Shown here piece after piece: positions 44,073 through 53,417 of a stretch of 64,000 nucleotides of DNA. How positions within the stretch are numbered: position 1 is the first letter of the stretch; each line of letters starts with the position of its first letter. A model generated the notes under the pieces. The model saw nothing but the letters and a program-made list of their open reading frames with translations. It had not been told where the DNA came from and did no database searches. The position numbers were made by a program, and so were the translations under genes. Origin of the DNA: Bacteroidales bacterium (lineage in GTDB: Bacteria > Bacteroidota > Bacteroidia > Bacteroidales > WCHB1-69); the NCBI GenBank assembly GCA_016288655.1, contig JAEEKX010000043.1, positions 208-64,207 on the forward strand, written 5' to 3'.

Positions 44073-46016
44073 ATGGGAAAAATTATTGGAATTGACTTAG
44101 GAACCACGAATTCATGCGTTGCCGTGATGGAAGGCAGCGAACCCGTTGTGATCCCCAACTCTGAAGGCAAGCGCACCACCCCGTCTGTGGTGGCCTTCGT
44201 GGGCAACAACGAACGTAAGATTGGCGACCCGGCCAAACGTCAGGCCATCACCAACCCCACCAAAACCATTTACTCCATCAAGCGTTTCATGGGAGAGACC
44301 TACGACCTCGTCACCAACGAAGTCGCCCGCATGCCTTACAAGGTGGAGAAGGCGGGCAACCTGCCCAAGATCATGATCGACGACCGCGGCTACACCCCGC
44401 AGGAGATTTCGGCCATGATCCTCCAGAAGCTGACGAAGACCGCGGAGGACTACCTCGGCACCGAGGTCACCGAAGCCGTCATCACTGTGCCGGCCTACTT
44501 CAGCGACTCGCAGCGGCAGGCCACCAAGGAGGCGGGTGAGATCGCCGGACTCAACGTCAAGCGTATCATCAACGAACCCACCGCCGCGGCCCTCGCCTAC
44601 GGGCTCGACAAGAAAAAATCGGAGTCCAAGGTGGCTGTCTTCGACCTCGGCGGCGGCACCTTCGATATCTCCATTCTCGAACTCGGCGATGGCGTCTTCG
44701 AAGTGAAATCCACCAACGGTGACACCCACCTCGGCGGCGACGACTTCGACCAGGCCATCATCGACTGGCTCGCCGAAGAGTTCAAAAAAGACTACAACGT
44801 TGACCTCCGCAAGGATGCCATGGCCCTTCAGCGTCTGAAAGAGGCCGCTGAGAAGGCGAAGATCGAACTCTCCAGCTCCAGTTCCACCGAGATCAACCTG
44901 CCCTACATCATGCCGATCGACGGCGTGCCGCAGCACCTGGTGCGCACCCTCACCCGCGCCCAGTTCGAGCAACTCACCGACCGACTGATCCAGGCCACCC
45001 TCGAGCCCTGCCGTAAGGCCCTCGCCGACGCCGGACTCAAGACTTCCGACATTGACGAAATCATCCTCGTCGGCGGCTCCACCCGTATCCCCGCCATTCA
45101 GGAAGTCGTCGCCAAGTTCTTCGGCAAGACCCCTTCCAAGGGCGTCAACCCCGATGAGGTCGTGGCCGTGGGCGCTGCCATCCAGGGCGGCGTGCTCACC
45201 GGCGAAATCCACGACGTGCTGTTGCTTGACGTCACCCCGCTCTCCCTTGGTATCGAGACCCTCGGCGGCGTGATGACCAAACTCATCGACGCCAACACCA
45301 CCATCCCGACCAAGAAGAGCGAGACCTTCTCTACGGCCTCCGACAACCAGCCCGCCGTCACCATCACGGTGCTTCAGGGTGAGCGTCCGATGGCCCGCGA
45401 CAACAAAAAGGTCGGCGAGTTCAACCTCGACGGCATCATGCCCGCCCCGCGTGGCGTGCCGCAGATTGAGGTTACCTTCGACATCGACTCCAACGGCATC
45501 CTCAAGGTGACCGCTATCGACAAGGCCACCGGCAAGGAGCAGCATATCACCATCACCGCTTCGTCCGGACTTTCCGAAGACGAGATCAAGCGTATGAAAG
45601 CCGAGGCCGAGGCCAACGCCGACGCCGACAAGAAGGCCAAGGAGGAGATCGACAAGTTGAACCAGGCCGACTCGATGGTCTTCAACACCGAGAAGCAGTT
45701 GAAAGAGGTGGGCGACAAGCTCCCCGCAGACAAGAAGTCGGCCATCGAAGACGCCTGCAAGCGGTTGAAAGAGGCCCACGACAAGAAGGACCTCGCCGCC
45801 ATCGACACGCACCTTGCAGCTCTCACCGCCGCCTGGCAGGCCGCTTCGCAGGAAATGTATCAGCAGGCTGGCGCCGGCCAGCAGGGTCCCACCGGCGGCA
45901 ATCCCTTCGGCGGCCAGCAAGGTCCTACCGGCAGTGCTACCGGCAACGGCGGCTCCACCGGCAACAATCCGAAGGATCCCGACGTCACCGACGTGGACTT
46001 CGAAGAAGTGAAGTAA
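44073..46016 (+). CDS. dnaK: Molecular chaperone DnaK (Hsp70)
   Basis: 647-aa ORF. Hsp70 signatures [21 protein letters not shown] and [15 protein letters not shown]. Confidence 0.99.
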   Translation: MGKIIGIDLGTTNSCVAVMEGSEPVVIPNSEGKRTTPSVVAFVGNNERKIGDPAKRQAITNPTKTIYSIKRFMGETYDLVTNEVARMPYKVEKAGNLPKIMIDDRGYTPQEISAMILQKLTKTAEDYLGTEVTEAVITVPAYFSDSQRQATKEAGEIAGLNVKRIINEPTAAALAYGLDKKKSESKVAVFDLGGGTFDISILELGDGVFEVKSTNGDTHLGGDDFDQAIIDWLAEEFKKDYNVDLRKDAMALQRLKEAAEKAKIELSSSSSTEINLPYIMPIDGVPQHLVRTLTRAQFEQLTDRLIQATLEPCRKALADAGLKTSDIDEIILVGGSTRIPAIQEVVAKFFGKTPSKGVNPDEVVAVGAAIQGGVLTGEIHDVLLLDVTPLSLGIETLGGVMTKLIDANTTIPTKKSETFSTASDNQPAVTITVLQGERPMARDNKKVGEFNLDGIMPAPRGVPQIEVTFDIDSNGILKVTAIDKATGKEQHITITASSGLSEDEIKRMKAEAEANADADKKAKEEIDKLNQADSMVFNTEKQLKEVGDKLPADKKSAIEDACKRLKEAHDKKDLAAIDTHLAALTAAWQAASQEMYQQAGAGQQGPTGGNPFGGQQGPTGSATGNGGSTGNNPKDPDVTDVDFEEVK

Positions 46017-46041
46017 TTCACTGAAATACAACTAAATAGAA

Positions 46042-46078
46042 ACGGGTGCTGGATAGATTTCAGCATCCGTTTTTTTTG
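46042..46078. terminator. Bidirectional intrinsic terminator between dnaK and the convergent PPTase gene
   Basis: ACGGGTGCTG-loop-CAGCATCCGT (10 bp, one G.U) followed by TTTTTTTT on the plus strand. It overlaps the last codons of the minus-strand gene. Confidence 0.75.
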
Positions 46079-46662
46079 CGAGGGCTTGCTTCTATATTGG
46101 TCTCGAATTCCACCCACGTGCAAACATACCGCGACTCGCCGCCGACCACCGTCTGAAAGGAGTGGCGGCACCCGACGAGAAGTCCCTTCAGGTCGTGGCG
46201 CAACCCTTCCCCCGTCAACTTCAACAGGCACTCCTTCCGGGTCCAGAGGATCGTGAAGGTCAGCGCGGGATCGGCAGCCCGCCTCACCATGTCGAGTTCC
46301 TCCTCGTTCAAAACGTACGCCGCCAACATCTCGTTGAACGGCCGGATCCGCTCGATGTCAACCCCTACGGGACGTGTGCCTACCGCACAGGCCACGCCGG
46401 TGGCGCAGTGGCTCAGCGAGAAGAAGATGTCGGGACGGCTGGGAAAATAGGGCTTGCCGTGCTCTGCGACCGCCACCTCCGGCGCATCCGCCAGACCGAA
46501 TTCCGTCCGCAACGCCTCGCGCAGCAACAGCCAAACGGCCACGCATTGCCGTCGGCCGGTGTCGTGCTTGAAATCCAGACACTTCTCCTGCCGCACCTTC
46601 GGAAGTTCCGAAAGCCGTGCCTTCCAATCCAATGTTTCGATGTGGTCGTTGATATAGAGCAT
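46060..46662 (-). CDS. 4'-phosphopantetheinyl transferase (Sfp-type)
   Basis: Start re-called to ATG 46662 (MLYINDH). Motifs GKPYF, VGVDIE and WTRKECLLK. Confidence 0.85.
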   Translation of the reverse strand: MLYINDHIETLDWKARLSELPKVRQEKCLDFKHDTGRRQCVAVWLLLREALRTEFGLADAPEVAVAEHGKPYFPSRPDIFFSLSHCATGVACAVGTRPVGVDIERIRPFNEMLAAYVLNEEELDMVRRAADPALTFTILWTRKECLLKLTGEGLRHDLKGLLVGCRHSFQTVVGGESRYVCTWVEFETNIEASPRKKNGC

Positions 46663-46765
46663 TTTACAAGTTTCTGTCAACCCATCCGGCCCCGCAAGGA
46701 CAAGGGCCGTATCGCTTTCGCCTCCTGGAATGCCGGATTCGTCGTCTTCGATGAATACCAAGGTG

Positions 46766-46773
46766 CAAAAGTA
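46766..46773 (-). promoter_or_regulatory. Bacteroidota sigma-A -7 box (TAnnTTTG)
   Basis: TACTTTTG on the minus strand, just downstream of the tRNA-Gly terminator and 104 nt upstream of the PPTase ATG. Confidence 0.5.
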
Positions 46774-46775
46774 AG

Positions 46776-46806
46776 AAAAAAGTGGAAGAAATATACCCAC
46801 TTTTCT
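46776..46806 (-). terminator. Intrinsic terminator ending the tRNA-Gly transcript
   Basis: On the minus strand: AAAAGTGG-GTATATTTCTT-CCACTTTT followed by TTC. Confidence 0.6.
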
Positions 46807-46920
46807 ATTTTGCGAGAAGATTGCCGGAAATCCCCCCCCATTGGGGCTGGTTAGGAGTGGGTGGAAACCGCCCGCAAACAGAAACGCCCTGCGATGGGCT
46901 CGCAAGGCGTTGTCGGATGT

Positions 46921-46996
46921 TGGAGCGGTAAACGGGTCTCGAACCCGCGACCTGCAGCTTGGGAAGCTGCCGCTCTACCAACTGAGCTATTACCGC
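46921..46996 (-). tRNA. tRNA-Gly (anticodon CCC)
   Basis: Manual fold. GCGGTAATAGCTCAGTTGGTAGAGC..., anticodon stem GCAGC/GCTGC with loop TTCCCAA, T-arm GCGGGTTCGAGACCCGT, discriminator U, CCA encoded. Confidence 0.92.
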
Positions 46997-47006
46997 TTTC
47001 GGGCTG

Positions 47007-47014
47007 CAAAAATA
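47007..47014 (-). promoter_or_regulatory. Bacteroidota sigma-A -7 box (TAnnTTTG)
   Basis: TATTTTTG on the minus strand, 11 nt upstream of the tRNA-Gly 5' end. Confidence 0.65.
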
Positions 47015-47047
47015 CAACTTTTTTGCCATCCCATCAAAAAAAATCAC

Positions 47048-47055
47048 TAATTTTG
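47048..47055 (+). promoter_or_regulatory. Bacteroidota sigma-A -7 box (TAnnTTTG)
   Basis: TAATTTTG, 75 nt upstream of ATG 47130. Confidence 0.5.
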
Positions 47056-47129
47056 CCCATTCTTTTTTCTCCCCATTAAACCTTTTACTGTGTGAAGAGG
47101 TTAAATAAAAGATGTAATTCGTTGCTAAG

Positions 47130-48242
47130 ATGCTGATTAAAGAAGTAAAAACCAAAAGAGAGATGCGGAAATTCGTCCAGTTCCCGCGGAAACTCTACCA
47201 TGCCTGCCCCCATTACGTGCCGCCCCTCGACGCCGCTGAGCTGACCGACCTCACCCGACACCCCGCCCTCGACTTCTGCACGCTCAAACTCTGGCTCGCT
47301 TACAACGACCAGAACGAGATCGTGGGCCGCATCGCTGGCATCATCAACTACCGCTGCAACGAACTCAAAGACCAGAAACGGGTCCGCTTCGGCTGGTTCG
47401 ACGTCATCGACGACTTCTCCGTCGCCCAGGCCCTTCTCAATACCGTCGAACAGTGGGGAAAAGCCAATGGCCTCGACACCATCTGCGGCCCGTCGCGCTT
47501 CTCCAATATGCAGAAACAGGCCATGCTCGTCGATGGCTTCGACCAAACCGGCTCCATCGAAGCCGACTACAACTACCCCTACTACCCGCAGTTCGTGGAG
47601 CGTCTCGGCTTCGAGAAAGAGGTCGATTACATCCAGTACAAGGTCCAGGTGCGCGAGGTGCCGCCCGCCATCGAACGGATGGCCGAACATGTCGCCGCCC
47701 GCTCCAAAATCACCATCCGACAGTATAAAAACAAACTCGAACTGAAACGAATCGGTACGGAGTTCTTTCATGTCCTCAACAAGAGTTATCTCAATATCTA
47801 CAACTTTATCCCACTGACAGAGAAAGAGATAGAGTGGGTGGTAAAAGGCAATTTCGGCGTCGCCGTCACCAACCTCGTCTCTGTTTTGGAAGACGAGAAC
47901 GGCAAGATGGTCGGCATCTCCTTCTGCCTGCCCTCCCTTAGCGCCGCCTTCCAAAAGGCCAACGGCAAACTCTTCCCCTTCGGAGTCTTCCACATCCTGC
48001 GCGCCCTCAGGAAGAACAAGTATGTCGATATGTACCTCACCGGCGTCATCCCCGAATATGCCAATTCCGGGATTCATCTTCTCTACCACAAGCAGTTGAA
48101 CGAGGCATTCATCCAGAATGGCTACGAGTACGCCTTCACCTCGCAGCAACTGGAGGAGAACCCCGCCAACCACATCTGGAGCAAATACTACGCCTCCGAA
48201 CCGATGTGCCGCCGCAGATGCTACAAAAAGGCGATACAATAG
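47130..48242 (+). CDS. GNAT-fold (acyl-CoA N-acyltransferase superfamily) protein of unknown substrate
   Basis: 370-aa ORF. The N-terminus MLIKEVKTKREMRKFVQFPRKLY and the segment IVGRIAGIIN...AQALLNTVEQWGKANGLDTICGP resemble two-lobed GNAT-like proteins common in Bacteroidota. Assigned by recollection, not by motif proof. Confidence 0.55.
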   Translation: MLIKEVKTKREMRKFVQFPRKLYHACPHYVPPLDAAELTDLTRHPALDFCTLKLWLAYNDQNEIVGRIAGIINYRCNELKDQKRVRFGWFDVIDDFSVAQALLNTVEQWGKANGLDTICGPSRFSNMQKQAMLVDGFDQTGSIEADYNYPYYPQFVERLGFEKEVDYIQYKVQVREVPPAIERMAEHVAARSKITIRQYKNKLELKRIGTEFFHVLNKSYLNIYNFIPLTEKEIEWVVKGNFGVAVTNLVSVLEDENGKMVGISFCLPSLSAAFQKANGKLFPFGVFHILRALRKNKYVDMYLTGVIPEYANSGIHLLYHKQLNEAFIQNGYEYAFTSQQLEENPANHIWSKYYASEPMCRRRCYKKAIQ

Positions 48243-48244
48243 TC

Positions 48245-49060
48245 ATGAGTAAAGAGCTATCTTCCAGATTTGCAGGAAAATACGCGGTTGTCACAGGAGC
48301 CAGCCGCGGACTCGGTCGTGCCTTCGCCTTAGAACTCTCCCAACGCGGCTTCAATACAGTTTTGTTGAGTTCAAACTGCCAAATTTTGGCACAGTGTGAG
48401 GAAATACGAAAAAAATACCATGTTGACAGTCAGGGAATTGTCGTAAATTTGATGGAGAAAAATGCGATATACTCCGCCGCTGCGGAAATCAATGCCCGCT
48501 ACCCCGTTTTCCTCCTGATCAACAATGCTGGGCTCGGCGGGTCGCAACCCTTCGAGCAGGCAACTCCTGAACGGTTGGAAAACATCCTCCAACTCAATGT
48601 GGTGGCCACTTCGTTATTAACCAAATTGTTGATAGATAATCTTTTAAATCAAGATAAAAGTTTCATTCTCAACGTGTCGAGCATGGCGGCGCTCGCCCCC
48701 GTGGGCTACAAAATGGTCTATCCCGCCAGCAAGGCCTTCGTGCGCCACTTTTCCCTCGGACTCCGTGCGGAGTACAAAGGTAAAGGACTATCCGTCAGTG
48801 TAGTATGCCCCGGTGCTATGGCCACCAGCCCCGAAATCGTTGGGCGCATCGAAAAGCAGGGCTTCTTCGGCAAACTTACCCTCGTCACCCCGGAACGGGT
48901 GGCCCGCAAGTGCGTGCGACAAATTTTGAAAGGGAAAAAGGAGATCCTCGTCAACCCGTGGAGTTTCATCCTCTCCTCGCTCGTGCCCAACTGCATCCAG
49001 ACGCCCCTGCTCACTCACATCGTGCGCCGCGAGACACAAAATCCGTCACCCAACACCTGA
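48245..49060 (+). CDS. Short-chain dehydrogenase/reductase (SDR)
   Basis: ATG 48245, 3 nt after the preceding stop. TGASRGLG cofactor motif, catalytic YPASKAF, and a hydrophobic C-terminal segment. Confidence 0.88.
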   Translation: MSKELSSRFAGKYAVVTGASRGLGRAFALELSQRGFNTVLLSSNCQILAQCEEIRKKYHVDSQGIVVNLMEKNAIYSAAAEINARYPVFLLINNAGLGGSQPFEQATPERLENILQLNVVATSLLTKLLIDNLLNQDKSFILNVSSMAALAPVGYKMVYPASKAFVRHFSLGLRAEYKGKGLSVSVVCPGAMATSPEIVGRIEKQGFFGKLTLVTPERVARKCVRQILKGKKEILVNPWSFILSSLVPNCIQTPLLTHIVRRETQNPSPNT

Positions 49061-50072
49061 ACTCATCCTTATCCCAAAGGAACTTGACTCGCACGGGAAG
49101 GCAGAAAACAGGCAGCGTCGAAAGCACCTCCCAGGCAGCCGTTCCCCGCATCCGAGCCGCATCTTTTTCTGTCGTTACAATGATGGAATTGGGGGGAGAT
49201 GATGCCAATTTTTTGCATACTCTTTGGGCCTCTTTTTTAGAGATTTCGTGATGGTCGGAAAATGCAATTAGTTTTGTTTCAATATTTTGTAAATGAAAAT
49301 AATGCAAAATATGTTCGGGGTGCGCGATGCCCGTTACCAAAAAAGTAGTCGCATGTTTTTCGATGGCGATTTTTTCGGCGGCGGGGGTCAACGGCCGGAT
49401 ATTTTCATAGTGCAACGTGGTGAAGAAGCAGCGTTGTCCTTCGTGGAGGTGCAGGCGTTGGCGGAGTTCCGCGGCGCTGTCGGCATCCAAGTCGGGTGGG
49501 CACTTGGTCACGACGACGGCATCGGCCTCGGCGGCGGCACGCGCAAACTCGCGCAGATTGCCCGCCGGCAGCGGGAAGTCGTCGCAGTAGGGCGCTGCGT
49601 AGTCGGTCAGTACCAACTGCAACCCGCCGCGCACGGCCAAATGCTGGTAGGCATCGTCGAGAATGACCACGTCGGGCGGTTCGGGAAGGGCGGAAAGTTG
49701 CTGCAACCCTACGGCGCGTTGCTCGCAAACCGCTACAACTGTGCCGGGAAATTTCAACTTCATCTGCAACGGCTCATCCCCGATGGTGCGCGCCGTAGCA
49801 TGCGCATCTGCCAAAATGTAGCCGGTTGTCGCCCGCCCATACCCTCGGCTCAGTGTCGCGACACTGCATGTTTCTGACAGCATCTGCACCAAATATTCCG
49901 TGTGCGGAGTCTTTCCCGTTCCCCCGACAGCCAAGTTGCCTATGCAAATTGTTGGCATAGTGGAGGTGGTGTCGCGCTTGCCCTTTCTATTATACAAAGC
50001 CCTACGTATCAGCGCAATAAGTCCGAATATTGCACCGATAGGGTAGAGGAGGATGAGTCGTATTTTTTTCAA
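49011..50072 (-). CDS. lpxK: Tetraacyldisaccharide 4'-kinase
   Basis: 353-aa ORF with an apparent TTG start, an N-terminal membrane helix and the P-loop GNLAVGGTGKTP. 50-bp convergent overlap with the SDR gene. Confidence 0.88.
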   Translation of the reverse strand: MKKIRLILLYPIGAIFGLIALIRRALYNRKGKRDTTSTMPTICIGNLAVGGTGKTPHTEYLVQMLSETCSVATLSRGYGRATTGYILADAHATARTIGDEPLQMKLKFPGTVVAVCEQRAVGLQQLSALPEPPDVVILDDAYQHLAVRGGLQLVLTDYAAPYCDDFPLPAGNLREFARAAAEADAVVVTKCPPDLDADSAAELRQRLHLHEGQRCFFTTLHYENIRPLTPAAEKIAIEKHATTFLVTGIAHPEHILHYFHLQNIETKLIAFSDHHEISKKEAQRVCKKLASSPPNSIIVTTEKDAARMRGTAAWEVLSTLPVFCLPVRVKFLWDKDEFRCWVTDFVSRGARCE

Positions 50073-50073
50073 T

Positions 50074-51081
50074 TCAAAACTGATTGATCCAATCTGCTAC
50101 CTCATAAGAGGAGATGAGGTTCATACATTTGAAATGTCGGAGCGGACAGTGTTCGAAACCTAATTTCGAGCAGGGGCGGCACTTGAGATAGGGCACTTCG
50201 AAGATGCGGCCTTCAGGAGCGCCGGGGGCGATGTAGGGATACATGCCTAATTCTGGCACGGTGTTGCCCCATAACGAGGCAATGGGCTTGTGCAGTGCCG
50301 CCGCAATGTGCATGATGCCCGTATCGGCCGTCAAAACGCAGTCGCTCTGCTCCACGATGGAGGCCGTGGAGAGGATCGAGTGTTGCCCGCAGGCATTCAG
50401 CACCTTGACGTTCAACCGCGCGGCAATCTCTTCCGCCGCCGCCCGGTCGTGCTGGTCTCCCAACAGGATCATCGGCTTGAACACCAAACTGCCGATCTCG
50501 ATGATCTTGCTGACCGGAATCCGCTTGGTGCCATGTTTCGCGCCGACCGAAACGGCAATGTAGCCATCCTCAAATCCGGCGGGAAGTTCTTGAACATCAA
50601 ATTTTTCCGATTCGGGAATGAAGAAGTCCAACCCCTGCCCGTCATTGGACACCTGCAACGGCTTCACCGCCTCGAAATAGCGATCTACAATGTGCCACTC
50701 CGGCAGGAAGTTCATCTTGGTGCCCACCAGGACGGCCTTGCGGAAGTTGCATTTCGGGAAAGTCACTCGCTCGCATCCCAATTTCTTCAATAGTTTCCGC
50801 GACCGTCGGCTCTTCTGCAAGTCCGCGATGTAATCGAAGTTCTCTTGCTTCAACTCGTTGATTAACAACTCCTTGTTGCCGTCATAAACGTGCAGTTTAT
50901 CTACGTATGGGTTGTGCTGAAGCAGGGGCTCATTGCCCTTTTTCACTAAAAAATGAACTTCGGCGTGGGGGACTTGTTGCTTTACGCAACGGATCACGGG
51001 GGTGGTGAGTACGATGTCTCCGATAGAACTCAACCTGACTATCAGTATTTTAGGGGCCGAGGGAGGTTGTATATCATTCAT
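50074..51081 (-). CDS. Glycosyltransferase family 9 (LPS heptosyltransferase-like)
   Basis: 335-aa ORF. N-terminal KILIVRLSSIGDIVLTTPVIR is typical of GT9. Confidence 0.87.
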   Translation of the reverse strand: MNDIQPPSAPKILIVRLSSIGDIVLTTPVIRCVKQQVPHAEVHFLVKKGNEPLLQHNPYVDKLHVYDGNKELLINELKQENFDYIADLQKSRRSRKLLKKLGCERVTFPKCNFRKAVLVGTKMNFLPEWHIVDRYFEAVKPLQVSNDGQGLDFFIPESEKFDVQELPAGFEDGYIAVSVGAKHGTKRIPVSKIIEIGSLVFKPMILLGDQHDRAAAEEIAARLNVKVLNACGQHSILSTASIVEQSDCVLTADTGIMHIAAALHKPIASLWGNTVPELGMYPYIAPGAPEGRIFEVPYLKCRPCSKLGFEHCPLRHFKCMNLISSYEVADWINQF

Positions 51082-51082
51082 T

Positions 51083-52243
51083 TTACCAATCGTTTTCTTC
51101 AGTATGGGACAATTCGAGACCGTAGTGGGTCTTGACCGAATTGGAGTAGATTTGAAGCAGGTAGGACTTCATCTTTGTAGGGTCAACATCTTTTGTAATA
51201 GATTGTCTGTCAATATATTGTAGAAAATCCTCCCGCTGTTTCTCGGTGTAATGGTCTGCAAATTTCTGGCACTTTTCAAGGTAGTCGTAAGCGATGTAGT
51301 TGGTGGCGTATAGTTTGTAGTTGGCGTAGATTTGCTGGTCGATGATCTTGCCCAAGGCCGTCAACTTATCGTTTTTGCGCAGGCCGTCGGGAATTTGCGC
51401 GAACTCTTCGTCGATGCACTTCCCGATGACGAGGTTGACTTCCCCCTTGAAGCCGAAAATCCCCTGACACACGCTGTTGAAGTCCTCATCGGGCTGCTTG
51501 ACGTATTTTTGATTTTCTGAAAGTGCCAACTCCCTGGCTTTCAGACTGTCGCAGGGTTCATACTCGTAGGAAATAGTCACCGGTGTGATGCGCATGTCGT
51601 GCAGGGTCTCCAGTACATCGTGTCCCTCGTCGAAGTAGGTGAGCATCTTCAGCAGTCCCTGTTGGGTGTGGTCAATGCCGTCCTTCGTTCTGCCATTTCT
51701 TTGCGCAATCCAGACGGATTCGTGCTCGTCGGCCATGCTGACGTGGATGTACTCCGACAGTTCGCGGGAGTTGAGGATCTTCTCTCGGAGGGAGGAACTC
51801 CGCTTCACGATAAACATCTTGTTCATCTTAGCGATGTTGAGCAGCAGGGGAGTGGAGACGAGGTTGTCGCCGATGGCTATCTTGGTGGTATTGATGTTGT
51901 TATTGAAAAAATAGAGTTGTACGTAGGCGGCATCCATGATAATGTCGCGGTGGTTGGCGATGAAGAGTTGCGGCCGATCGGGAGTCACGTTTTCCAATCC
52001 GCTATAATGAACATGAGTGGCGGTTTTGTCGGAATAATATTGCAGAAAACGTCCGGCAAACTCCCTCTGGAAGATGTAATGGGAGCCGAAAGTGTGGCGG
52101 TCGCGGAGCAGTCCTTCAGCGGTCATGCCCATGTTGAGCGTCTTGAGGGCTTGTGTAAATATCTCATTATGAAACACTTCCTCTTGCGCTGCAAAGGATT
52201 CTTCTGGAGTAAAATGCCGAATGGAGTCAAATTTCCCTGTCAT
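51083..52243 (-). CDS. Glycerol-phosphate/lysophospholipid acyltransferase family protein
   Basis: HxxxxD motif (NHRDIIMD). Start re-called to ATG 52243 because the track start 52255 is a TTG only 12 nt from the -7 box. Confidence 0.8.
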   Translation of the reverse strand: MTGKFDSIRHFTPEESFAAQEEVFHNEIFTQALKTLNMGMTAEGLLRDRHTFGSHYIFQREFAGRFLQYYSDKTATHVHYSGLENVTPDRPQLFIANHRDIIMDAAYVQLYFFNNNINTTKIAIGDNLVSTPLLLNIAKMNKMFIVKRSSSLREKILNSRELSEYIHVSMADEHESVWIAQRNGRTKDGIDHTQQGLLKMLTYFDEGHDVLETLHDMRITPVTISYEYEPCDSLKARELALSENQKYVKQPDEDFNSVCQGIFGFKGEVNLVIGKCIDEEFAQIPDGLRKNDKLTALGKIIDQQIYANYKLYATNYIAYDYLEKCQKFADHYTEKQREDFLQYIDRQSITKDVDPTKMKSYLLQIYSNSVKTHYGLELSHTEENDW

Positions 52244-52266
52244 AGAATGCACCAAAATACAAGGTG

Positions 52267-52274
52267 CAAAGATA
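52267..52274 (-). promoter_or_regulatory. Bacteroidota sigma-A -7 box (TAnnTTTG)
   Basis: TATCTTTG on the minus strand, 24 nt upstream of ATG 52243. Confidence 0.6.
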
Positions 52275-52301
52275 CGACTTTTTTATGGAAATCTAAAAAA
52301 A

Positions 52302-52805
52302 TCAAAAATCGTTATTCGGAATGGTGTCCGTGTTGATTTCATAAATGTGGCGAACGCGCCCCTCCTGTTGCGTTGACGGGCGGCGCGGCTTCGTCGGCTC
52401 GGTCGCCGCAGGCGCGGGCGTGGTTGCGGGCGCAGCGGTCGTGTCCACCTTGGCGGCTGGCCGGACTGGCATCGGCTGGACTAGTGCCGTCGTCGTCGAA
52501 CCCACTGGCTCCACCGTGTCCGGGGCAACCACCGGCGCGATCTCCTCCGGACTTGCCTCCTCCGCCACTGTCACTGTCTGTTCCACCGGCGCGGAAACTT
52601 TCTCGATCTTCGGAGTGATGTCGTATCCAAGCCAACATCCCAAAACCGCCATTACGGTGCTAATCGTCACTGCCAAAGTAGTTTGCAGCAATCCAGCACC
52701 AGCGGACCACCCCGCTTTTTGCTTGAAACTGCGCCATTTTTTGGCAGAGTACGGGTACTCTTTTTCTGCGATTTTTTCCTTGAATAGTTGGTCGAATTCC
52801 GACAT
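52302..52805 (-). CDS. Single-pass membrane protein, putative anti-sigma factor
   Basis: 167-aa ORF starting 1 nt after the ECF sigma stop. Short cytoplasmic N-terminus, one TM helix (TLAVTISTVMAVLGCWLGY), and a Pro/Ala/Thr-rich exterior. Assigned by position only. Confidence 0.5.
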   Translation of the reverse strand: MSEFDQLFKEKIAEKEYPYSAKKWRSFKQKAGWSAGAGLLQTTLAVTISTVMAVLGCWLGYDITPKIEKVSAPVEQTVTVAEEASPEEIAPVVAPDTVEPVGSTTTALVQPMPVRPAAKVDTTAAPATTPAPAATEPTKPRRPSTQQEGRVRHIYEINTDTIPNNDF

Positions 52806-52806
52806 T

Positions 52807-53367
52807 TTATCTTTGGATTGCGTTGATCATTTCTTTCAGTTTGGTGCGGGCGTGATTGAGGTGCCAGTGCGACGTTCCCTCTTTCATGTCCAACATCTTG
52901 GCGATTTCGGCGTGGCTGTAGTCCTCGAAGACGTACAGGTTGAAGACGGCGCGGGTGGTGGCGGGCAGCCGTTGGATGAGGGCCGTCAACTCGTCGGCGC
53001 TCATCTTGGCGATGGCGGTGTTTTCGGTCGTGTTATGCAACTCAACCTCAGGCACATCCTCGTAGTTGGCACTCACTACCAACGTCTTGTATTTGCGTTG
53101 GTAGTCGATGGCCGCGTTCACCATCACCTTTTTCACCCAAGCGTCGAAAGAACCTTCCTCTTCGTACATTCCGATGTTCGCGAAGATCTTGATAAACCCC
53201 TCGTTCAACATGTCTTCCGCCTCCTCTTCACTCTTGGCATACCGCATACAGGTGGCCATCGCCCGCCCGTAATACAGCTTGAACAACTGGTGCTGTGCCT
53301 TCCTTTTTCCGGCCTTGCATCCAGCGATCATCTGCCTGGTTTCTTCTGCTGTCGTTGGCTTAGACAT
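52807..53367 (-). CDS. ECF-type RNA polymerase sigma-70 family factor
   Basis: 186-aa ORF. Region 2 (FDAWVKKVMVNAAIDYQRK) and region 4 HTH (DYSHAEIAKMLDMKEGTSHWHLNHARTKL). Confidence 0.9.
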   Translation of the reverse strand: MSKPTTAEETRQMIAGCKAGKRKAQHQLFKLYYGRAMATCMRYAKSEEEAEDMLNEGFIKIFANIGMYEEEGSFDAWVKKVMVNAAIDYQRKYKTLVVSANYEDVPEVELHNTTENTAIAKMSADELTALIQRLPATTRAVFNLYVFEDYSHAEIAKMLDMKEGTSHWHLNHARTKLKEMINAIQR

Positions 53368-53417
53368 CTATCAAAACGGAATTGAGTTTAAAAATCTTGG
53401 GTTGAAATGTTGTTTTT

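Noticed and set aside
50254-50267. A sigma-54-like TGGCACGGTGTTGC element.
   Set aside because: The spacing is TGGCAC-N4-TTGC, one nt too short for GG-N10-GC. It lies inside and antisense to the GT9 coding sequence, and no gene follows it.
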